A stretch of DNA of 64,000 nucleotides from positions 4,320,001 to 4,384,000 of the forward strand of contig OZ244744.1 of assembly GCA_965219455.1 (NCBI GenBank), read 5' to 3'. The DNA comes from Candidatus Latescibacterota bacterium. GTDB taxonomy: Bacteria; Latescibacterota; UBA2968; GCA-2709665. The stretch's first letter is position 1. The number at the start of each line of letters is the position of its first letter. The notes below the pieces were generated by a model. That model was not told the origin of the DNA, did no database searches, and saw only the letters and a program-made list of their open reading frames with translations. The position numbers were made by a program, and so were the translations under genes. Below are positions 57,785 to 64,000 of the stretch, piece after piece.

Positions 57785-58678
57785 ATGGCAAGATGGCCTG
57801 GTGTCTTGATGTTGATCGTTTTACAAACCAGCGCAGCCCATGGCTGGTGGGTCCGCGGGCACAGTATCGTCAGCAAAGCAGCCGTAGCCTCGCTGCCGGA
57901 GCAGATGCCGGGCTTCTTTCGGGCCGGGGGAGACGCCATCTCGCACTACGTGTGGGACCCCGACCTGGCCAGGAATCGCGGTACCCCTATTGCGCGCCAT
58001 GCGGAGGGTCCGGAGCACTATTTCAATCCGGAGCGCTTGAAGGATCCGACGTTGCCCGCCGACCGAAACGGATTTATGCACGTATGCGCGAACCAGGGAG
58101 TCGCGCCGCACAAAGCGGGTTTTCTCCCTTATTCGGTAGCGGAATGGACGCAGAGGCTGGCGGTGGCGTTTGCCGAGCACCGGCGCTGGCCCGACAATCC
58201 CTTCATCAGGTGGAAGTGTCTGATGTACGCGGGTTTTATTGCGCATTACGCCCAGGATCTGTGCCAGCCGCTGCATGTGACCATGTACTATGACGGCCGG
58301 CCCGGCCCGGACGGCTCCGTGCAATCGACCGGCATACATTCCAGAGTGGACGATCTGATCCGCAGGCTTAACCCGGCGCCCGGCGACCTGGCTCGAGGTC
58401 TGGAGCCGGTGGCGTTGGATAGCCTGATGGCTGGAATTGTTGTGCAGATCGAGAACAGCAGGTCGTTCATCGATGCCGTATACGGCCTGGAGGATCGAAT
58501 GCCGCCCGCGGGTGAAGGCGAATGGACGCCGGTTCCCGAGGTCGTGGCCTTTGGTGTGGAACGTGCGCGGGAGGCGGCGAGGTTTACCGCTTCGCTTTAC
58601 CTGACGGCCTGGCGTCTGTCTGAAAAGTTGAAATTCGAGGATTGGGTGGAGCGGGATGGAGAAACCGCTGCGGAATGA
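57785..58678 (+). CDS. Secreted S1/P1 nuclease / zinc-dependent phospholipase C fold protein
   Basis: Signal peptide ending AHG; mature N-terminus WWVRGH (W1/H6 zinc ligands); PD, HYFN, AHYAQDLCQPLH, GIHSRVD. Confidence 0.82.
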   Translation: MARWPGVLMLIVLQTSAAHGWWVRGHSIVSKAAVASLPEQMPGFFRAGGDAISHYVWDPDLARNRGTPIARHAEGPEHYFNPERLKDPTLPADRNGFMHVCANQGVAPHKAGFLPYSVAEWTQRLAVAFAEHRRWPDNPFIRWKCLMYAGFIAHYAQDLCQPLHVTMYYDGRPGPDGSVQSTGIHSRVDDLIRRLNPAPGDLARGLEPVALDSLMAGIVVQIENSRSFIDAVYGLEDRMPPAGEGEWTPVPEVVAFGVERAREAARFTASLYLTAWRLSEKLKFEDWVERDGETAAE

Positions 58679-58732
58679 CAAGTACCCGCCCGGGTGACAT
58701 CGGCCATGAGGATGCTCAGTGAAGGCGTGCGG

Positions 58733-60052
58733 ATGAAATTCTTGATGATTGCCGTCGACAGCCTGCGAGCTGATCGACTCGGATGCTACGGTTATGACCG
58801 GCCAACCACTCCGTTTATCGATACCCTTGCAGGCCACTCGACGGTGTTCGAGAATTGCTATGCGCCTTCGATTCCCACGCAACCCTCGTTTACGACCATG
58901 TTCACCGGACAATTGCCGACCACGCATGGGATCGTGGCGCATCGGGGCCGCTGGTCTTTAGATGAGCGCGCGCCGTTCCTGCCCGAATACCTGCAGCGGG
59001 CCGGGTACGCCACGGCGGCCGTGGACAATCTGGCGGTGCATCACAAACCCTGGTTTTCCAGAGGATTCGATGTCTGTCTGAATCCACGGGAGTCGGGTAC
59101 GTATCCGAATTGTTTTCGGTTTAACGAGCTTGCCATTGAGTGGCTGAAAGCCCGCGGCCGCGAGCCTTTTTTTCTCTTTGTACACTATTGGGATCCTCAC
59201 ACGCCCTACATGCCTCCCGGCCGGTATAGAGACCTTTTCTATTCCAGCGATCCGACGGTTGAAAACAGGGGCAGCCTCGACGACTTTTACCGGCGGCCCC
59301 TGAGAACGTGGTGGCCGTCCGGCTGGCTCGGACGGATGGCGTCCGAGTGGCCGGATGCGGCGGGTGCACAGATATCCGATATCGAATTTGTGCGCAGCCA
59401 ATACGATGCCGAGGTGAGGTGTGTGGACGATGGAATTCAGGAGTTGCTGGTGGCGCTTGATGAGTTGGGTATCGAGGAAGAGACAGCAGTTTTTATTTTT
59501 AGCGACCACGGCGAGGAATTGGGTGAGCACGGCATCTACTTCGATCACCATGGATTGTACGAGAGCGACATCCGGGTGCCGTTAATTGTGCGTTGGCCGG
59601 ACCTCGACTTCAATGGAACCCGCGTCCGGTCACTGGTTCAACACACGGATCTGGCGCCGACGGTCCTGGAGGGCGCCGGTCTGCCGGTCCCTCACAAGAT
59701 GGATGGCCGTTCGATGCTCCCCTTCATCCGCGGCGAGGCTGATGCCGGAATCGGGGAGCTGCTGCTCACCCAGGAGTGCACCTGGATGGCCAAATGGGCT
59801 GTTTGCGAAGGGGGATGGAAGCTGATTGTCGCCCGGGAGCCGGATTTTTACGGGAATCCCATGCTGGAACTGTATGACTTGAACGGCGATCCCGGTGAGC
59901 GGCACAACCTGGCGCGGGAGTTGCCCGGAAGAACACAGGAAATGGGTGAAATCCTGGCCTCGGAGTTATCCCGTAGGCTGGCGCGAGGCGGACGAACCGA
60001 AGACCCGGTAGTAGCGCACGGGATTACACTCGGCAAGGAGATGTATGCGTGA
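58733..60052 (+). CDS. Sulfatase-like alkaline-phosphatase-superfamily hydrolase (Thr at the nucleophile position)
   Basis: IAVDSLRADRLGCYGY, PTQPSFTTMFTG, HYWDPHTPY, SDHGEE, ELYDL..DPGE..NLA. Confidence 0.9.
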   Translation: MKFLMIAVDSLRADRLGCYGYDRPTTPFIDTLAGHSTVFENCYAPSIPTQPSFTTMFTGQLPTTHGIVAHRGRWSLDERAPFLPEYLQRAGYATAAVDNLAVHHKPWFSRGFDVCLNPRESGTYPNCFRFNELAIEWLKARGREPFFLFVHYWDPHTPYMPPGRYRDLFYSSDPTVENRGSLDDFYRRPLRTWWPSGWLGRMASEWPDAAGAQISDIEFVRSQYDAEVRCVDDGIQELLVALDELGIEEETAVFIFSDHGEELGEHGIYFDHHGLYESDIRVPLIVRWPDLDFNGTRVRSLVQHTDLAPTVLEGAGLPVPHKMDGRSMLPFIRGEADAGIGELLLTQECTWMAKWAVCEGGWKLIVAREPDFYGNPMLELYDLNGDPGERHNLARELPGRTQEMGEILASELSRRLARGGRTEDPVVAHGITLGKEMYA

Positions 60053-60154
60053 GTCGCGCAATGGTACGGCTGGCAGGCAATACAGCCCGAGTTTGCGGCG
60101 AATATGGGAAATAGGGCAGGCGCGAAGGGGAAACATGGCACAGGATAAGTCTTC

Positions 60155-60892
60155 ATGCGTGACTACAATGAGGTGGTTAAACGCACCGAGGCGCTTTCGC
60201 GCCGGGGTGCCCGTGTCGACGTGCTGGATCGGATAAACGGGTATCCTGTTTTTTGTGTATCCCGCTGCACTGATCCGTCGCTACCCGCGATATACGTCAA
60301 CGGCGGAACACATGGCGACGAACCGGCCGGGATGCAAGGGGCGCTGGCATTCCTCGAAGCGCTGCAGGAACGGTGGCTGGATCGGTTCCAATTTGACGTA
60401 ATTCCTTGTTTGAATCCTTACGGTTACGTCCACAATACCCGGTTGAATGCCCAGGAGGTGGACATCAACTGGGCATTTTTGCGAAAAGACGTGCCGGAGA
60501 TCGACGTTGTCAAGCGGTTTATTCAGGGGAGGAAGTTTGCAGCCATAATGGATCTGCATGAAGACTGGGAGAGCCCGGGGTACTATCTTTACGAGCAGGT
60601 TCGCGGATTGACGCCCGCGGGACCCCCGATTGCTCAGCAGGTGTCCGGGGTCTGTCCGCTGAATACACAATCCAGGATTGAGGGCGAAATTGCGAAAAAC
60701 GGGGTGATTTTTCCGGACCTGCAGGTGGAAAAGCGGCGTCTTGGCGGGGGCGTGCCGATCGCACTTTTCAAGCAAGCGTATACGGATCGTTTGATTACGT
60801 CTGAGTCGCCGTCGGCGTTAACGATGGACGTGCGGGTTCAGGCGCACCTTGTTGCGCTGGAGGCGTTGCTTGAGGTTCATGCCGGAGGATAG
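60155..60892 (+). CDS. M14 family metallocarboxypeptidase (succinylglutamate desuccinylase/aspartoacylase-like)
   Basis: GTHGDEPAG, PCLNPYG, DINWAF, DLHED, ESP. Confidence 0.88.
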   Translation: MRDYNEVVKRTEALSRRGARVDVLDRINGYPVFCVSRCTDPSLPAIYVNGGTHGDEPAGMQGALAFLEALQERWLDRFQFDVIPCLNPYGYVHNTRLNAQEVDINWAFLRKDVPEIDVVKRFIQGRKFAAIMDLHEDWESPGYYLYEQVRGLTPAGPPIAQQVSGVCPLNTQSRIEGEIAKNGVIFPDLQVEKRRLGGGVPIALFKQAYTDRLITSESPSALTMDVRVQAHLVALEALLEVHAGG

Positions 60893-60895
60893 CGC

Positions 60896-61405
60896 GTGGG
60901 AAAACCCGACCTGAAATCGGCGCGGATGAAGCGTGCTTACCGCATCAGCGCGGAGGATGTTGTAGAGCCGGCGATGTCGGTCGAGGATTGGATGAACTTT
61001 GAGAAAGGCGTGAGGCTCTTCAACGGCCGGGAGCACTGGGAAAGCCACGAGGCCTGGGAGCAGGTGTGGCGGCGACATACCGAGCCGAGCCGGATTTTCT
61101 TTCAGGGCCTGATCCAGCTCGCCGCGGCGTATCATCAGCTTCAACGAGGGATCTATCACGGGACGGTAAAGCACTACAACAACTCATATTTCAAGCTGAA
61201 ACAGTTTCCCCGCCGGTTTCTGGGTGTGGATGTAGGCGTTCTCAAACGGAAAATCGAGCATGGGCTGGCCGAGGTGGAGCGGCTGGGGCCGGAAAGGATG
61301 GATGAGTTTCCACAGGATCTGGTGGCGGAGGTGATATTCGTGCGGCCGCCGAGGGCTGAGGGTCGTGCAAGGGGTGTCGGCGGACTGCATGGCGCCAATC
61401 GATAG
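60896..61405 (+). CDS. DUF309 domain protein
   Basis: GVRLFN..EHWESHEAWEQVW...FFQGLIQLAAAYH. Confidence 0.9.
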   Translation: MGKPDLKSARMKRAYRISAEDVVEPAMSVEDWMNFEKGVRLFNGREHWESHEAWEQVWRRHTEPSRIFFQGLIQLAAAYHQLQRGIYHGTVKHYNNSYFKLKQFPRRFLGVDVGVLKRKIEHGLAEVERLGPERMDEFPQDLVAEVIFVRPPRAEGRARGVGGLHGANR

Positions 61406-61443
61406 ACATGTTCGTGGTTCTGCCAATCAGGAAGATCCCATAC

Positions 61444-61478
61444 AAAAAGGCCCCGGACATCAGCGTCCGGGGCCTTTT
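61444..61478. terminator. Bidirectional rho-independent terminator
   Basis: aaaaaggccccggac-atcagc-gtccggggcctttt between convergent genes. Confidence 0.85.
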
Positions 61479-61506
61479 CCCTTCGGTTTGGGACAGAACA
61501 CTCTAT

Positions 61507-63066
61507 TCAGTGTGCCGGATGCCCGTTGTCGTAGAGTTGAGTGAAGAATTCCAGAGCCGCCCGGAACGAGACCACCTTGACGGCCCGTCCGGCGGGATCG
61601 ACAACCGGGATATGCCGGTAGCCGTGCAGGTCCATCAGATGCAGCGCGTATCCGATCGGGTCCGCCAATTTCATAGTTATGGGATTGGGTGTCATTACAT
61701 CTTCGACGGGCGTGGAAGCCAGGTCAATGTCGTTACCGACGACCTTCATGAAGAAGTCGCCTTCGGCCAGGATGCCTTGAAGGGTGACGCCGTCTTCGGA
61801 AACCAGCAGGCAGCCGGCGTCTTTTTCCTCCATAAGGGCCATGGCCTCCAGCATTGAAGCCCCCGGTGCGATAAATACCGGCATGTGGAGCTTTATGGTC
61901 GAAATCGGATTGATAACGAGATGCTGGAATTCGGACTTTGGCGCCAGCGGATCCTCGTCGCCGATTCCCGGTATGATTTCGGGGATATCCGTCGAGATTT
62001 CCTCCTCGACGACGTCCCGTTCTGCAGGTACGCTATCCTCTTCCGATACAATCCATGTATCCGCGGCCTGATAGAGTGTGGACAAATCGGCGTCCCCAAG
62101 CTGTTCGACGGCCTCTCGCCCCTGGGCGAGAATCTGATCTTCGTAAACGGGTCGTTCCACGCATCGGAGAACGCCCAACGGCACCGGAAAATTGGGAAAT
62201 TCCATGCGGCTCAACATGTAAGCCAGCGCGGGCGGATCCGCGGTTTCGTCGTGTACCAGGAGAGCGTTTTCGGATGTGCCGTTGCCAAGCTTCACGACTT
62301 CCGGACCCAGACCGTTCAACCGGATGCCTTTGTCGTGTTCCTTGCCGAATATCATCGGCTGACCGTGTTCGACAATTAACGTATTGTCGTCTTTCACGTC
62401 CGCTTCGGTGATGTGAAACCATGCGCCATCGTTGTAAATATTGCAGTTCTGATAGATTTCAACAAACGAGGTGCCCTTGTGCGCGGCCGCCCGGCGGAGC
62501 ATTTCGGCAAGGTGCTTGGTATTCCTGTCTACCGAACGCGCGACGAAGGTGGCCTCAGCGCCAATGGCTACGGAGATGGGATTGAAGGACTGTTCGATGG
62601 AGCCCATGGGCGACGAGTAGGTCTTGTGTCCAGGCAACGACGTGGGGGAGTACTGCCCCTTGGTGAGCCCATAGATGCGATTGTTGAAGAGGATAATGTT
62701 TACGTTCACGTTTCTGCGCAAAATATGCAGCAGATGGTTGCCGCCGATGGAGAGCCCATCCCCGTCACCGGTGATGACCCACACATGCAGGTCCGGGTTG
62801 GCTACCTTCAGGCCCGAGGCGAGGGTTGGCGCACGTCCGTGGATCGAGTGCACGCCATAGGTGTTCATATAATACGGAAAACGGCTGGAACAACCAATTC
62901 CGGAGATAAAGACGATCTGTTCCCGGGGAATGCCGAGTTCGGGAAGTACCCTCTGCATCTGTGCCAGAATGGCGTAATCCCCACAGCCGGGACACCAGCG
63001 GACTTCCTGGTCCGAAACGAAGTCCTTACGGGTTAGTTGTTGGAATTCCGATGTGGCTAGTGCCAT
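61507..63066 (-). CDS. korB: 2-oxoacid:ferredoxin oxidoreductase beta subunit fused to a C-terminal CBS pair
   Basis: WCPGCGD, SGIGCSSR, GDGD TPP motif, YGLTKGQYSPT; acidic linker; CBS motifs (AGCLLV...GILAEGD, VEDVMT, YRHIPVVD). Confidence 0.92.
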   Translation of the reverse strand: MALATSEFQQLTRKDFVSDQEVRWCPGCGDYAILAQMQRVLPELGIPREQIVFISGIGCSSRFPYYMNTYGVHSIHGRAPTLASGLKVANPDLHVWVITGDGDGLSIGGNHLLHILRRNVNVNIILFNNRIYGLTKGQYSPTSLPGHKTYSSPMGSIEQSFNPISVAIGAEATFVARSVDRNTKHLAEMLRRAAAHKGTSFVEIYQNCNIYNDGAWFHITEADVKDDNTLIVEHGQPMIFGKEHDKGIRLNGLGPEVVKLGNGTSENALLVHDETADPPALAYMLSRMEFPNFPVPLGVLRCVERPVYEDQILAQGREAVEQLGDADLSTLYQAADTWIVSEEDSVPAERDVVEEEISTDIPEIIPGIGDEDPLAPKSEFQHLVINPISTIKLHMPVFIAPGASMLEAMALMEEKDAGCLLVSEDGVTLQGILAEGDFFMKVVGNDIDLASTPVEDVMTPNPITMKLADPIGYALHLMDLHGYRHIPVVDPAGRAVKVVSFRAALEFFTQLYDNGHPAH

Positions 63067-63090
63067 GGAAAATTCTCCAGATTCGGGCTG

Positions 63091-64000
63091 CTAGTCCAGC
63101 AACCCGTTGATTTTGTTCAGAATTTCAGAAATTTTGAATGGTTGACCCTGAACTTTAGGATAGCTGATGACACGCAGAGGGTACCTGGCATTGAGCAACA
63201 TTGATAGCTGCCCACCGTTTATTTCGGGAACCAGAATCTTGCGATAGCGCAGAAGCAGGTTGCCCAGGTTAGCCGGAAACGGGTTCAGATATCGCACGTG
63301 GGCGTGGGCAACGGACCGGCCGTTGGAAACCGCCCTGCGAACCGCGGTCCTGATGGCGCCGTACGTGCTGCCCCAACCGATAACAAGCAGGTCGCCTGTG
63401 AGAGGGCCGTATACATCCTGCCTCGGAATCCGATTGGCGATACGCGCGACCTTTTCGGCGCGGATCTTCACCATGTTTTCATGGTCTTTCGGATCGTATG
63501 AGACGTTTCCGGTGCCGTCCTGTTTACCCAGCCCGCCGATGCGGTGTTCGAGGCCGGGTGTGCCGGGAAGCGCCCAGGGGCGCGACAGTGTCTCTGGATT
63601 CCTCATATAGGGCTCGAAATGTTCAGGATCCGTCCTGTGTTTTACCACGATGGGTTCAATTTCCCCGGGGTCGGGTATTTTCCAGGGTTCGGAACTGCTG
63701 TTCAGATAGCCGTCGGAAAGGAAGAAGACGGGCGACATGCTTTCCACGGCGATACGAAAGGCTTCGATGCCCAGGTAGAAGCAGTCGGAGGACGTGGCCG
63801 GCGCGACAATGGGGACCGGGCTTTCGCCGTTGCGGCCGAACATACATTGGAGCAGGTCGGACTGTTCCGTTTTCGTGGGAAGCCCCGTGCTGGGCCCGCC
63901 CCGTTGAAAGTTGGCGATCACCAGGGGCAATTCCAGGACCAGGGCCAGGTTGATGGCCTCGCTCTTGAGTGCGACGCCGGGTCCGCTGGTGCCGGTTGCG
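63091..64000 (-). CDS. korA: 2-oxoacid:ferredoxin oxidoreductase alpha subunit (partial, runs off the window)
   Basis: TSGPG, QRGGPSTGLPTKTEQSDL, EHRIGGL, GWGSTYG, LVPEINGGQL. Confidence 0.93.
   Translation of the reverse strand, partial: ATGTSGPGVALKSEAINLALVLELPLVIANFQRGGPSTGLPTKTEQSDLLQCMFGRNGESPVPIVAPATSSDCFYLGIEAFRIAVESMSPVFFLSDGYLNSSSEPWKIPDPGEIEPIVVKHRTDPEHFEPYMRNPETLSRPWALPGTPGLEHRIGGLGKQDGTGNVSYDPKDHENMVKIRAEKVARIANRIPRQDVYGPLTGDLLVIGWGSTYGAIRTAVRRAVSNGRSVAHAHVRYLNPFPANLGNLLLRYRKILVPEINGGQLSMLLNARYPLRVISYPKVQGQPFKISEILNKINGLLD

Noticed and set aside
57633-61405. Genomic island integrated at selC
   Set aside because: No integrase, no duplicated tRNA 3' end, and downstream genes have host-like composition.

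Overview
GC-rich bacterial chromosomal segment from a diderm organism. Gene content (GWxTD-type TPR proteins, a TonB-dependent receptor/PorV-like locus, many sulfatase-like, PhyH, Gfo/Idh/MocA, enolase-superfamily and HpcH enzymes) suggests, by inference only, an FCB-superphylum lineage such as Latescibacterota or a Gemmatimonadota relative. The first ~22.7 kb is a cell-envelope region. It holds an apparent four-gene operon (small beta-barrel, TonB-dependent receptor, secreted protein with a T9SS-type C-terminal domain, PorV-like barrel) with no SusD. That operon is flanked by two GWxTD-TPR genes and GT-C-like membrane/TPR genes. Next come an XcyI-family type II restriction-modification pair, a long catabolic/hydrolase run with arsC and purB, then mazG and a short foreign-looking patch (group II intron 5'-end relic plus an AT-rich lipoprotein). 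The window ends with galU, a third GWxTD-TPR gene, selA-selB-selC, an S1/P1 nuclease-like gene, and a 2-oxoacid:ferredoxin oxidoreductase whose beta subunit is fused to a CBS pair. Intergenic regions carry several families of small palindromic and heptamer repeats. No CRISPR array, rRNA or intact transposase was seen. All calls are from motif recognition by eye; no database search was run.
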